In this document: piece by piece, positions 10,758 through 21,309 of the stretch
Position numbering within the stretch: the stretch's first letter is position 1
How the letters are laid out: each line of letters starts with the position of its first letter
From: a virus
Lineage: Duplodnaviria > Heunggongvirae > Uroviricota > Caudoviricetes
Strand: one strand, 5' to 3'
IMG/VR virus record: IMGVR_UViG_3300026521_000571
DNA: 43,148 nucleotides
The notes under the pieces: model-generated
Told to the model about the DNA's origin: nothing
Seen by the model: the letters and a program-made list of their open reading frames with translations, nothing else
The model's database searches: none
Made by a program: the position numbers and the translations under genes

Positions 10758-11858
10758 ATGTCTTTAAAAGAATGGCATACCGTTTTAAAGCGAGGTGATA
10801 CATCTGGGTGTGATGTTGTGTGTTATCCAATAGTTACTAGAACATATCACTTACCTTATAAACCAGAAGGGCATAATGACGAAAATTTATTGGATATATA
10901 TGACAATGCTTCTCGAGATGAATTAATATCTAGCACACATATCCAAACATTACTTAGATTGGTAAAATATCACGCAAATGATAGATTATATCATACCGAA
11001 TTTGATTATCCAATTCCTCCTGAACCATCAAATGATAATGATGATCCAGGAGCAGAACCTATAAAAATTGATTCATATGATGGTAATAAAATTAAAATCC
11101 ATTTATTGAATGATGAAACCTACTGGGAAAGTGGTGATACGGATATAACTTATAAAACAACAGATGATGGTACAAAATTCGCTTGGGATTATGAAAATGA
11201 ATTGCCTAATGAAAAAGATAAATTTAGTTTAGTTGAATCAAGGAATCCAAATTATGTAATTTATGAGTATCGAGCGGATCCTGATAAATATGAAGATCCA
11301 TATATTTCGAAAATAGTTATTCCTGATCAACCTGGAGAGTTTACTGAGTATATTGAATTCAGTGAAGATGATGATGACGATGCAGAAGATTCAATGTATG
11401 CTTATAATAATCCTGAAGATGTTGAAATTCGAGGGGAGTATTTAATAAAATTATTCGGTACAAAACTCGGTACATACGAACTTCAAGCGTTCTCTAATCA
11501 ACGAACAGATATTGAATACAGTATTGATTTTTATATCACTTATGGTGATAAAGAAGATGAAGATGATGATGGTAATCCTAAAATTAAGACTGATAAAAAG
11601 ACTGTAAAATTTAAATACAATCCAGTAATAACGTCTACTTATATAATTAATGCTTCTTATCCAGATAGAGTTAAATCATATTTAAAACATCTTGGTACTT
11701 TATCAACTTTAAATTACGGTGATTTCAACTCTGGTGACTTAGTAAGATCGGATGATTTTCGTAATTTATTAGAGGCTGCCATTGAAATGAGTAGAGTATG
11801 TAATTGCGTAAGTAATTATACAGATGATTCACAAAATATATGTGATTGTAATTATTAA
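10758..11858 (+). CDS. Acidic protein with terminal Cys motifs; candidate radical SAM substrate/tail-associated protein
   Basis: N-terminal SGCDVVCYP and C-terminal RVCNCVSNYTDDSQNICDCNY; directly downstream of two SPASM enzymes. Confidence 0.65.
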   Translation: MSLKEWHTVLKRGDTSGCDVVCYPIVTRTYHLPYKPEGHNDENLLDIYDNASRDELISSTHIQTLLRLVKYHANDRLYHTEFDYPIPPEPSNDNDDPGAEPIKIDSYDGNKIKIHLLNDETYWESGDTDITYKTTDDGTKFAWDYENELPNEKDKFSLVESRNPNYVIYEYRADPDKYEDPYISKIVIPDQPGEFTEYIEFSEDDDDDAEDSMYAYNNPEDVEIRGEYLIKLFGTKLGTYELQAFSNQRTDIEYSIDFYITYGDKEDEDDDGNPKIKTDKKTVKFKYNPVITSTYIINASYPDRVKSYLKHLGTLSTLNYGDFNSGDLVRSDDFRNLLEAAIEMSRVCNCVSNYTDDSQNICDCNY

Positions 11859-11880
11859 TTCAAATGGAAAAGAGGAAAAA

Positions 11881-12486
11881 ATGATTGAGACAAGAAAACA
11901 ATATGCTATGCTTCAAAATATAGGAAGTGGATTTGCAATAAACACAATAGTTCATCTTGAACCTTCGAAAGCTCAGATGATTCATGATGATATTATTCAT
12001 CCAATTTCAGAACTTGCAGCCTATACTGTTAATCAAGCTAATTCCAAAAAGAAAATACTCGGTATAAAAAAAGAAGCATTATTAAATCCAGTAATAGAAA
12101 TTGATGACTTATATGAACCATTCGACACAATAAAAGAAATAGATCATAAAAAACACATAACTCTTAAAAAAATATATGCTTTTTTATTTCAGAACTTAAC
12201 TTCAAAAGAAATGCTTGCTTTATATGAATTCCAAATACTAAATACAAGATTTGCGAGCCTCGGTTATTTTATCACTCCAGAAAATAAACAAGATATTTAT
12301 TTAAAAATCATTGAGGAAGATAACGATGAACTCCTTGATGATCTTGAGATATATTTAGATGCCAAAATAATTCTTGATAATTTATATAAACTGTATCGTA
12401 AGATACGTAAAGCTGAGAATGATTTAGTATATGCCGAAACTGACGAAGAAATTCAAGAGATTTATGATAAATTTATACAATCATGA
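11881..12486 (+). CDS. Conserved-looking phage hypothetical protein that accompanies radical SAM/Cys-motif modules
   Basis: Start reassigned to ATG 11881 (GAGGA RBS). LNTRFASLGYFITPENKQDIYLKIIE motif recalled from phage radical SAM loci, not verified. Confidence 0.65.
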   Translation: MIETRKQYAMLQNIGSGFAINTIVHLEPSKAQMIHDDIIHPISELAAYTVNQANSKKKILGIKKEALLNPVIEIDDLYEPFDTIKEIDHKKHITLKKIYAFLFQNLTSKEMLALYEFQILNTRFASLGYFITPENKQDIYLKIIEEDNDELLDDLEIYLDAKIILDNLYKLYRKIRKAENDLVYAETDEEIQEIYDKFIQS

Positions 12487-13526
12487 TTAACCGTAAAATA
12501 GGACTTTTAGTCCCAAATAACTCTAATCGGTTAAGAGGCCAACATACTCTACCAAATAGATTATTTGACTTCTTAGAATATTCTAAGAGTTCCAGTCAAC
12601 TGGAACTCTTACCTATAAATAATTTTTATAAATTGATAAAACATAATTCAATTCAAGAAATTAATGATAACTATCTTGGTTTTATTAATTTCAAACGCAA
12701 TTACCTCTCCTTACCTGATAAACTCTCTCCTATATTATCTAAAAAATTAAATGTTATGTATTACACCAACGCAATAAGCTCAATTAATTATAAAGAGTTC
12801 CAATTAACTCTAAGTAATGGTTTTTTCTACGCTCTCAAATATAATTTAAATTGGTGGTGGTCGTTCTTTCCAATAAATTCGGAAGAGTTCCAGTCGACTG
12901 GAACTCTTCCGTCACCAAAAACTATAGGCTATTATTTTAGGCGAGAAGGTTATAATAAAGAGTTAATTAGAACTGAACTTGATTATTTAAAATCAATAAA
13001 TAATGACAAGAATATTAATATAATTGGGATTGGAGACAAAAGAGTATTTTTGGACACAATTAATTTAATTCCTAATTTAAAATCAAAGTTGATTTTTTTA
13101 GAAAATAAACCAAGTTCAATTTTAGACCTAATTAATTCTCTAAAAAATTCTGGTGGGAGATATAGTGCTTTAGAACTCATTGATGACTCAATCCCAAACA
13201 CCTATTTTGAAATGAGATGGAATAATATTCCTACCGAAATAATTAATTCTGGGTTTGAGTTCAAAAGAACTGGAATACCTTCTGGGATTGATGAAATTAA
13301 TTATTTATTTGAACACCCAGATCATAAAAAAATTATAGAAATTCTGGCTGACAATTTTTATTTAATCCTTGATAAAAATTTTAGGAAAGAGTTATTTTGG
13401 ACTCAAACTCAATTAAAAAATAATTTTTATAAAAATAAAAATATACAAAATATAAACTTCCGAGAATTGTTTTGGGAAGCGATCGATAGTACACTTAATT
13501 TAATTAAAAAATGGAAGGAAATATAA
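12483..13526 (+). CDS. Hypothetical protein, possibly glycosyltransferase-fold
   Basis: 347 aa, ATGA-coupled; weak GT-B-like pattern (KTIGYYFRR, NIIGIGD); carries two long palindromes. Confidence 0.5.
   Translation: MINRKIGLLVPNNSNRLRGQHTLPNRLFDFLEYSKSSSQLELLPINNFYKLIKHNSIQEINDNYLGFINFKRNYLSLPDKLSPILSKKLNVMYYTNAISSINYKEFQLTLSNGFFYALKYNLNWWWSFFPINSEEFQSTGTLPSPKTIGYYFRREGYNKELIRTELDYLKSINNDKNINIIGIGDKRVFLDTINLIPNLKSKLIFLENKPSSILDLINSLKNSGGRYSALELIDDSIPNTYFEMRWNNIPTEIINSGFEFKRTGIPSGIDEINYLFEHPDHKKIIEILADNFYLILDKNFRKELFWTQTQLKNNFYKNKNIQNINFRELFWEAIDSTLNLIKKWKEI
12584..12611. repeat. 28-bp near-perfect palindrome (GAGTTC-N10-GAACTC type)
   Basis: taagagttccagt-ca-actggaactctta. Confidence 0.9.
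12880..12911. repeat. 32-bp perfect palindrome (GAGTTC-N10-GAACTC type)
   Basis: cggaagagttccagtcgactggaactcttccg. Confidence 0.95.
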
Positions 13527-14512
13527 TGGGAAATGGGAAATCATCGAAAAGGATTTTAAATATGAAAAAAGGTCCGGTAGGACCTGGTATATTTAAAAAA
13601 TATGATTTAGTAATTACTTATCAAAAATCAAATATAGATTATAAAAGAATCAGTGGGCATTTCTTCGAGGCCTTTGATTATTTAGTACACTTGAAAACCA
13701 AAGATCCATCTAAAAATATAGCTATTTTAATACAAGATGATTTAGATTTAAATCAAATAAAAATAGCTTTCGAAGATAAATATCTAGAACCAGATTTTAC
13801 GATTGATGTTTTTATTGACTTCGGAATTAAAAATCTAATAGCTAAAAATATTCTTCATTGTAGTGGTCTAAGTAAAACAGATGAATGTAATTATATAGGA
13901 AATATTTTTTCATTTAGGTGCGGACTTGAGCCATTGGATGGTATAGAATATACATTACTTCAAGATAACCGCATTTATACAGAAGATTATGGGTTTTCGA
14001 CACCTGAATCTCCAAAGATAATAAATTATATAAAAAAAGTAGCCTTTGGAAATTACAGGACTCCAGAAAATAACAGTAATCCAAATAAAACTAGAATTTT
14101 AATTTATGATAATACTCGCTGTAGAGAATTAAATGAGCAACTTGAGTCCAAAATAACTGAAGTGCTAAAATTTAGAGAAAGAATAGATCCAGATGTTAAT
14201 TATGAATTAATTAAAGTTGGATCGGATATTAAATTACCAGTCAATAACTTTTTGGGACAGTTTGATGAGTATTGGTACACACCAACTAAAAATAATTTTG
14301 ATTGTAGTCCTCGATTAATTCTTGAATGTTTTTTATTTGGCATCCCAGTTAAATATTTATTAACTACAGAATACCTAGAAAAAGACCCAGGTCTTAAATT
14401 TAGAATTCTTGACTTGAATTTAAATTATAAAAAATTAATATTGGATGATTCTGACCCTATTTATGATATTATTTTTAATAATTCAAAGACCGGAGATAAT
14501 TATGCTTTTTAA
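13526..14512 (+). CDS. Hypothetical protein, glycosyltransferase-like (GT-B-like C-terminus)
   Basis: Start 13526 fits AAGGA at 13515-13519; FDEYWYTP...FDCSPRLILEC resembles the GT-B C-terminal motif; weak. Confidence 0.5.
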   Translation: MGNGKSSKRILNMKKGPVGPGIFKKYDLVITYQKSNIDYKRISGHFFEAFDYLVHLKTKDPSKNIAILIQDDLDLNQIKIAFEDKYLEPDFTIDVFIDFGIKNLIAKNILHCSGLSKTDECNYIGNIFSFRCGLEPLDGIEYTLLQDNRIYTEDYGFSTPESPKIINYIKKVAFGNYRTPENNSNPNKTRILIYDNTRCRELNEQLESKITEVLKFRERIDPDVNYELIKVGSDIKLPVNNFLGQFDEYWYTPTKNNFDCSPRLILECFLFGIPVKYLLTTEYLEKDPGLKFRILDLNLNYKKLILDDSDPIYDIIFNNSKTGDNYAF

Positions 14513-15569
14513 TAATGAGTTCAGTGAACACCATAATTTATATAATAAAATTACTAAAAGTCGTGAAGAAGATGAAATTCATGATCTTGATATAAATTTT
14601 GAAAATATTACGAGAAAAGTTAAATTAGATGTTGGTAAAAAATGCAACGCCGGTTGTTTTTTCTGTTATTATAAATCAGAGCTCAACTCCCCGATGAAGA
14701 CATTAGGTGTTCTTAAAAAAGAAATTGATCTTATGAAATCGATGCGATTTGAAGAAATAGAATTAAGTGGAGGTGAGCCGACGATTCACCCAGATTTTAT
14801 TGAAATAATTAAATATATCGATTCAATTGGATTAAAAGCATCATTTGTCACAAACGCTTTTGAATTAAATTTAAATGTTCTAAAAGAACTCAAACCATAT
14901 CTAAATGATATTTTAATTAGTATTCAAGGATATCAAGAAAATCACAATAAGATACTTAGACTTCCGGAGGCCTACAATAATATTTTAGAAGTAATTGATG
15001 CTTGTAATAATTTAGACATTCCAGTTAGAATTAACACAACGGTTCATAAAAATAATATAGATAATTTATTATATATTTACGAGGATATTAAATCCAAAGT
15101 AAGAACCTGGAATTTAATTCCTATTAATTATTGGGATGATGCCAGAAAGTTAAAGAGGGAAATGCCTTATGAAAAAATATCAGAAGTTCTAGAAAAAATT
15201 TATGAAAGAGTTATGAATTCAGTCGCGACTGAATTCATAACTGGAGTTGGTCAAAAATCAACTCCAGTTATGTTGCAACATAACTCTAATCAATTAAATT
15301 TAAATATTAGATATTATCCTCTTTGTAAAATAGATCCGAAGTATAAACACTTCGTCAAAAATTATTGGCATCAATATTATGATAAAGAAGACTGGCATCC
15401 TTTTTTTATGGATACAAAAGATTTAATTTCTCATAAACAGGAATGCTTTATTCAAGAAGTTAAATCATGTTATATAAGAGATCTTCTCCAAAAGAGAAAA
15501 CCTTATTATAAAGACAAAGCTTGTCTTAACTGTCCTGATTTTATAATTTGTGATGGATATAAGCCATGA
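14502..15569 (+). CDS. Radical SAM protein with C-terminal Cys motif
   Basis: CNAGCFFC, LSGGEPTIHP, VTNA, CLNCPDFIICDG; start 14502 follows GGAG. Confidence 0.9.
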   Translation: MLFNNEFSEHHNLYNKITKSREEDEIHDLDINFENITRKVKLDVGKKCNAGCFFCYYKSELNSPMKTLGVLKKEIDLMKSMRFEEIELSGGEPTIHPDFIEIIKYIDSIGLKASFVTNAFELNLNVLKELKPYLNDILISIQGYQENHNKILRLPEAYNNILEVIDACNNLDIPVRINTTVHKNNIDNLLYIYEDIKSKVRTWNLIPINYWDDARKLKREMPYEKISEVLEKIYERVMNSVATEFITGVGQKSTPVMLQHNSNQLNLNIRYYPLCKIDPKYKHFVKNYWHQYYDKEDWHPFFMDTKDLISHKQECFIQEVKSCYIRDLLQKRKPYYKDKACLNCPDFIICDGYKP

Positions 15570-16258
15570 TTTATATACTAATTCCGAGCACTAGAGGTAT
15601 GGATTACCTTGGAAGATTATTAAAATCACTCAATAAAATAAAAATACCAAAAAATATTTTTATTATTAGAAATGTTTCAAAAGAACTCATTCCGGATAAT
15701 TTTTACCAAAAGTTCAAAGAGACACTCGGGACGGACGATTCTTTAAAAATAAAAACCATTCCTAAAGATACAAACCCAAATAAAAATAACTTGGGTTTGG
15801 TTTATAAAGAACTCTTTGATTCAGTACCAAAAGATAATTATTTTTTATTTCTCGAAGATGATGATTATATTTATAATGAATTAACAATGAGTGATTTTAA
15901 ACTCATTGAAGATAAAAAATTAGTCTTGTGGTTTTATAAATCAGAAATAAATAATCCGGATGTATTAAACTGGATGCGGGCTGTACGATATTTTGAAAAA
16001 CACAAAGATATTAAATATATATCAGAAGATTTTAGTAAAAATAGTTTTCAAATCTCATGTTTTATGGCTAAAAAGATACAAACTCTCGATAACTTCATCT
16101 GGGATAATAATTTAGAAAATGACTATAAATTATTTCAGGAGCATTTGAGTTCTTTTGAACTCAAAGATATTTTAATTTTAAAAAAGATTATGTTTGTGCA
16201 GGGGATAGGGGATAATATTAGCTTCCCAAAATATAATAAGGATTTAAGATGGCAATAA
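15566..16258 (+). CDS. Glycosyltransferase family 2-like protein
   Basis: N-terminal YILIPST strand and YFLFLEDDDY (DxD) motif. Confidence 0.65.
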   Translation: MIYILIPSTRGMDYLGRLLKSLNKIKIPKNIFIIRNVSKELIPDNFYQKFKETLGTDDSLKIKTIPKDTNPNKNNLGLVYKELFDSVPKDNYFLFLEDDDYIYNELTMSDFKLIEDKKLVLWFYKSEINNPDVLNWMRAVRYFEKHKDIKYISEDFSKNSFQISCFMAKKIQTLDNFIWDNNLENDYKLFQEHLSSFELKDILILKKIMFVQGIGDNISFPKYNKDLRWQ

Positions 16259-17211
16259 TATTCGAAGGGGTTGATCATAAAGTTCAAAGGCTTTATATAC
16301 ACTGGGATATAACTACAGTTTGTAATTTTGATTGTAGTTATTGCTATGCTAAAAAAGAGTACAGTCAAAAAGAACTCTGGTTAAAAGAAGATACCGTTGA
16401 AAATATAAAAACAGTTATAAAGGCTATTTCTATAAGCACATTACCTGTGTTTTTAGGATTACTTGGAGGAGAACCAACTCTTTCAAAACATTTCGAATTT
16501 ATTTTAAATGAGTTCAAAAGAACTCATTTCTTTGAAAAAGAAGATAATAAATTATATATTACTACGAATGGAAGTAAGGAACTATGTTGGTTTATAAACC
16601 AACATAGTTCCGATTTTTATAATAATAAAGTTATGTGGTTATTTTCTTGGCATTCGGCGCATATGTCTGGTAATTCAAATAAAGAATTTAAAGAAAAAAT
16701 AGAAGTTCTTTTGGGGAAGGGTTATAAGGTTAAAGTTAATCTTATGATACCTTTGACTAAAGAAAAGTGGGCTGACTTAAAGGAACTCTCTTTAGAGTTA
16801 ATTAAATTGCAGAAAAATTTTACCAGCCTTATTTTACACCCTCATTTTATATACAAGAATGAACACCAAATATATGAATACCCAAAAGATACAAAAACTT
16901 ATTTTAAAGAAATTTTTGAAAATATCCCAAAAGAGTTCCAAATGACTCAAATGACTCAAAAGACACTTTTAAACGACATTGAAATATTTGAGACAGGTCT
17001 TAATAATTTCAAGGGTTGGGATTGTTATTTAAATAACTATGAGATTAATCTAGGTGCAATTGTATCTAAATTTTGTGTTCAAGAAACAACCAATCTTAAA
17101 AATAATATAACGTTCTTTAAAAAAATAAAAAAAGTGGTTCCAGTTATTTGTGAACATAGTCAATGTTCATGTGATGGACTCTTAAAAATACGAAAAGAAA
17201 AGGAAATATAG
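16249..17211 (+). CDS. Radical SAM protein
   Basis: CNFDCSYC, LGGEPT, ITTNGS, C-terminal CEHSQCSCD. Confidence 0.9.
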   Translation: MAIIFEGVDHKVQRLYIHWDITTVCNFDCSYCYAKKEYSQKELWLKEDTVENIKTVIKAISISTLPVFLGLLGGEPTLSKHFEFILNEFKRTHFFEKEDNKLYITTNGSKELCWFINQHSSDFYNNKVMWLFSWHSAHMSGNSNKEFKEKIEVLLGKGYKVKVNLMIPLTKEKWADLKELSLELIKLQKNFTSLILHPHFIYKNEHQIYEYPKDTKTYFKEIFENIPKEFQMTQMTQKTLLNDIEIFETGLNNFKGWDCYLNNYEINLGAIVSKFCVQETTNLKNNITFFKKIKKVVPVICEHSQCSCDGLLKIRKEKEI

Positions 17212-17213
17212 AA

Positions 17214-17942
17214 ATGCCTGATAAAATAATAGTAGACTATATAAATTTTTTTTCAAAAAAAGATTATATTGAATTCACTGCCCCAGAATTTTCATCATTT
17301 GATAATTTCAATCTTAAAATAGATACAATTGCAGATTTATTTTTATTGTACTTAAAAGATTTAAAAGAGTTCATTAGCACTCAACATATAGAATATATTT
17401 ATGAAGAAATGATTCCGTGGTTTTATTTTAATAAAACATTTGATAAAATTCATTTAAGAAAACCACGGAACTCAAAAGATTATTCTGATACTATAAAAAT
17501 AGAATCTGTTTTAGAATATATTGAGTTATGTTCCAACAGCAACATTATTAATTATTTTTTACTTGAATATATATTTTTAATTTATTCTGGAGTCATAGAT
17601 CATGATTCATTTAATAATTTTAAAGTAATCGATGATAAAAACATTAATGATTTTTTTATAGAAGTGTATAAAAAAATAGGTATTGATAATAAATATTCAT
17701 CGGAGATAATTACTCAAGAAGATTTAGATATAATTGGTATGTTGAAACCGACATCATTTCAACTAAACACACAATTAGATTATTTTATGATGCATAAAAA
17801 GTTACTTTTGAAACTAAAACTACAAAATAAAAAAGAGGTATTGGATCAGTTAGCTTTCGACCGAGATAAACTCAAAGATATTTTAAATGCAATTGATATT
17901 AAAAATCCAATATCTTTTATAGAGATTATAAAAGAATTATAA
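17214..17942 (+). CDS. Hypothetical protein
   Basis: 242 aa ORF tightly packed in the operon; no recognised motif. Confidence 0.6.
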   Translation: MPDKIIVDYINFFSKKDYIEFTAPEFSSFDNFNLKIDTIADLFLLYLKDLKEFISTQHIEYIYEEMIPWFYFNKTFDKIHLRKPRNSKDYSDTIKIESVLEYIELCSNSNIINYFLLEYIFLIYSGVIDHDSFNNFKVIDDKNINDFFIEVYKKIGIDNKYSSEIITQEDLDIIGMLKPTSFQLNTQLDYFMMHKKLLLKLKLQNKKEVLDQLAFDRDKLKDILNAIDIKNPISFIEIIKEL

Positions 17943-18790
17943 TGATTATTGAAATCAAATTAACGCATTACTGTAATTTAAATTGTAGTTATTGTGTATC
18001 TATGCACTCATCAGATAAAACATTATGTGAGAAAGAGCAATTTGATTTAGAAGGATTTATTAACTTTCTGGATGAGTTCCAGTGCACTGGAACTCATCCA
18101 CGATTTAAAGAAATTAAATTCTTTATTTTTGGTGGAGAACCTTCAACAAGCAAAGATTTAATTCCTCTTGTTAATTATCTAAATAAACTGGTTGATTCAA
18201 ATAATATAATTATACAAACCAACCTCACCAATTTAAGTACTCTTAAAAAAATCAATTGCCTTATCAATATAAGTTGGCATCCGGAATTTATATCATTTAA
18301 AGAATTAATTAATAGGTTAAATAAACTACCTCAAGAAAGAATTAACGAAATAGCCTTTATGGATGTCGATGATAAATATTATAAATATTATAATATACTC
18401 AAAAAACTTTATAAAGTTGAATTTTGTCCAATTATAGAGGATATTGTACATTATGATGGACGTTGGTTGAAAAGATTAAAAGAACTTAAAAATAAAGATA
18501 TTTTTAAAGTAATCCAAAACGACGAACATTTTCATAAATTTAAATCAAATAAAAGTAATTACGATTATTGGGTTAACGAAGAGCATTCTATAGGAAAGAA
18601 ATGTTTTATAAATTACGAAGTATTATTTATTTCAAATAATAAAGTTTATGAATGTTTTAATGATATGTTTTTTAATATCAATGGAATTAATCTTAGAGAT
18701 TATGAGTACATTCCAAAAATTAAAATATGTCCTCATCAGAGATGTTTTTTTGACATGAGATATCAGGAAGAAAATTATGAAAAAAACTAG
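17942..18790 (+). CDS. Radical SAM protein
   Basis: CNLNCSYC, FGGEPS, QTN, C-terminal CPHQRCFFD. Confidence 0.9.
   Translation: MIIEIKLTHYCNLNCSYCVSMHSSDKTLCEKEQFDLEGFINFLDEFQCTGTHPRFKEIKFFIFGGEPSTSKDLIPLVNYLNKLVDSNNIIIQTNLTNLSTLKKINCLINISWHPEFISFKELINRLNKLPQERINEIAFMDVDDKYYKYYNILKKLYKVEFCPIIEDIVHYDGRWLKRLKELKNKDIFKVIQNDEHFHKFKSNKSNYDYWVNEEHSIGKKCFINYEVLFISNNKVYECFNDMFFNINGINLRDYEYIPKIKICPHQRCFFDMRYQEENYEKN
18069..18100. repeat. 32-bp perfect palindrome (GAGTTC-N10-GAACTC type)
   Basis: tggatgagttccagtgcactggaactcatcca. Confidence 0.95.
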
Positions 18791-19583
18791 TTGTGTTCAT
18801 AAGAACTATTATTTTAATTATAAAATAACATTTATGTGTAATCAAAATTGTAGTTATTGTTATGAAAAAAAAGATAACCCAGATATATGGAACAATTATT
18901 ATTTGCCTTTTAGATTAATTCAAAAAGAAATTCAATTATTTAAAATGATTGAATTTCCATGTTGGATTGAATTACTTGGTGGAGAGCCTTTGACACATAG
19001 ATATTTCAAAGAAATATTGACACTCATGGTAATTGAGTTGACCATGCACTCAATTTCAATCAGCACTAATGCAACTGCAAGAAATATTGAAAAAATGAAA
19101 ATTCCTCAAGAAATTCTAAATAAAGTTTTCTGGATGTTGTCATGGCATGAAGGCATTACTAATTTTAATAAATTCAAAGAAAATTGTGAATATCTTCTTA
19201 AAAATAATTGCCAAATGCAGGTAAATATTATGACAAAATCTCCCAATAAAGAATTTTTGACGTGGATTGAAAAACAGGATTTAACTATAAAATTTTTGGA
19301 TATTTGGGATCCTTTTGCACCATCAGAAGAAATTAAAAAAATAATGCCAACAGATGCACCAAAATATGGAGAACCTTGTAAATATTTATACAATGAAATT
19401 TTTATTGATCGTTCTATGGTGACCGCAGCTGAATGTGTTTTACCAAAAACCCCAATAAAATTTGATAAAGAATTTGTGAAAAATTTGGAACCTTATAAAA
19501 ATAAGACATGTCCAATATTAACTGGATGTAATGTACCAAACGCTGATTTATGTACACCAAATGAAAATGCGACCATAATATGA
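18777..19583 (+). CDS. Radical SAM protein
   Basis: CNQNCSYC, LGGEPL, ISTN, C-terminal Cys residues. Confidence 0.9.
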   Translation: MKKTSCVHKNYYFNYKITFMCNQNCSYCYEKKDNPDIWNNYYLPFRLIQKEIQLFKMIEFPCWIELLGGEPLTHRYFKEILTLMVIELTMHSISISTNATARNIEKMKIPQEILNKVFWMLSWHEGITNFNKFKENCEYLLKNNCQMQVNIMTKSPNKEFLTWIEKQDLTIKFLDIWDPFAPSEEIKKIMPTDAPKYGEPCKYLYNEIFIDRSMVTAAECVLPKTPIKFDKEFVKNLEPYKNKTCPILTGCNVPNADLCTPNENATII

Positions 19584-20377
19584 AAGAAAATTGTATAATT
19601 CTAGCGTTGGATAATAATCCAGAAGAACCAGACTACCATAAAATGATATTTTTATTAATACATAGTGTTCGAATGTTTGATCAAGATATAGATATTCATA
19701 TTTTAATAGGATCTGATAGAGTTCCGACGCACACAATCAACTTATTAAAAAATTTAAAAAAGATTTTTATCTATCATAATGAGTTCCAAAGCATTCAAAG
19801 AATAAGATATTTTTTAAGAAATTATTGTATAAAATATTTTTCATACGACCAAAACCTCTTAAAAAAGTATAATCAACTCATATATATTGATATCGATGTA
19901 ATATTGATAGATAAACCTTCTTGGCCTATTTTAAATCCAAATGAGATCATTGTTGAAAAAGTACCTGATGAAATAATTAAAATTGAAAATAATATTCTTC
20001 GAAAGAATATAAATAACAGTAAACCAGTCTATTATAACTGGTTCACTATTGTAACAGATTCAAACAGATTTATATGGAATATTGATTATGTATCAGTTAC
20101 AGTTCTTAAAGACTCAGATATTGAAATTTCAAGAAGAATAAATAAATCAAGTTTAAAAATAATTGATCAGACTATCGGAGCTTATTATCCAAAACATAAG
20201 CTCCATAAAGGCACTTTTTTATTTCATTATGATGGATTTATAGATAGTGGGTATTTCTATAAATTAAAAGAATTTAGTCCAAAATTGTATTCAAAGCTAA
20301 ATAAAATTCTTAAAATATATAATATTAAAGATAACTCAGTAGAAAATTATTGGGAGAATATAAAGGAATTAGAGTGA
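19580..20377 (+). CDS. Glycosyltransferase, GT-A (GT8-like)
   Basis: YNQLIYIDIDVIL DxD motif and late FHYDG. Confidence 0.65.
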   Translation: MKENCIILALDNNPEEPDYHKMIFLLIHSVRMFDQDIDIHILIGSDRVPTHTINLLKNLKKIFIYHNEFQSIQRIRYFLRNYCIKYFSYDQNLLKKYNQLIYIDIDVILIDKPSWPILNPNEIIVEKVPDEIIKIENNILRKNINNSKPVYYNWFTIVTDSNRFIWNIDYVSVTVLKDSDIEISRRINKSSLKIIDQTIGAYYPKHKLHKGTFLFHYDGFIDSGYFYKLKEFSPKLYSKLNKILKIYNIKDNSVENYWENIKELE

Positions 20378-21309
20378 GTAATATGTTTAATAATCGATTT
20401 AGTTTCCCATTTCGAGTGGATATTGAAATGAATTTCGAATGGTTTCAAAAGCACTCGAGTTTAATAAAAGAAATTTATATATCCCCAGATATATTTAATA
20501 TCAATATGAATCCAATGAATGGAAAAGAGAATTTTAAATATAATTTACCGGAGTATATTAAATTCTTTAATGATTTAAAATCAATCGATATTGGAGTATG
20601 TCTGGTTATAAATAATATATTTAACCCTCCTGATTTAAATACAATAAAACGATTAATTAAAAAATACGATTTTATAACATCAGTTGTAGTTCCAGATCAC
20701 TCCTGGTTAAGTCTAAAAGAACTCAACATCGAAATAAAAAATACTGTTATCATGAATCCATCTTTCGATGATATTTTATTAGGAAAATATAATGATTTTG
20801 ATATTATATATATCCATGATGATATAATACATAATAAAAATAAGTACAAAGAGTTAAAAAGAACTGGGCTGAAATTTGGAACAGTTGTTAACTATTCAGA
20901 TTGCTGCACTTTCTGTAATAAAAAACAAGAGCATTATAAATTAATCAATAATAAAAAATACAATTATAACACTTTCTGTCCTACCAAAATGTGGTCCCAG
21001 CACGAACTTCTAATGAAAAGGAATTCTATTCCAACCATTAGATCGGAATATCAATATTATTTAGATACTATTGATATTTTTAAATTACAAGGGAGAGGGG
21101 TCACTGAGACATTTAATTCAGCAATTAATATAATCGAAGGTATTTCATCAAATCAAAATATATTTACGGAAGAATATTTTAATTTAATTAGATTCTTAGG
21201 TAATGATTATAAAGAATGGGTTCATGAAGTTCGAAATTGTGGAGGAAATTGTCTCAAGTGTAATTTTTGTGATAATATTATAAAAAAGAGGTTAGATGGA
21301 AGACAATAA
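20374..21309 (+). CDS. Peptidase U32-like Fe-S protein
   Basis: VVNYSDCCTFC, FCPTK, IDIFKLQGR (cf. U32 LKIEGR), CGGNCLKCNFCD; GTG start in GTGA overlap, AAGGA RBS. Confidence 0.7.
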   Translation: MSNMFNNRFSFPFRVDIEMNFEWFQKHSSLIKEIYISPDIFNINMNPMNGKENFKYNLPEYIKFFNDLKSIDIGVCLVINNIFNPPDLNTIKRLIKKYDFITSVVVPDHSWLSLKELNIEIKNTVIMNPSFDDILLGKYNDFDIIYIHDDIIHNKNKYKELKRTGLKFGTVVNYSDCCTFCNKKQEHYKLINNKKYNYNTFCPTKMWSQHELLMKRNSIPTIRSEYQYYLDTIDIFKLQGRGVTETFNSAINIIEGISSNQNIFTEEYFNLIRFLGNDYKEWVHEVRNCGGNCLKCNFCDNIIKKRLDGRQ

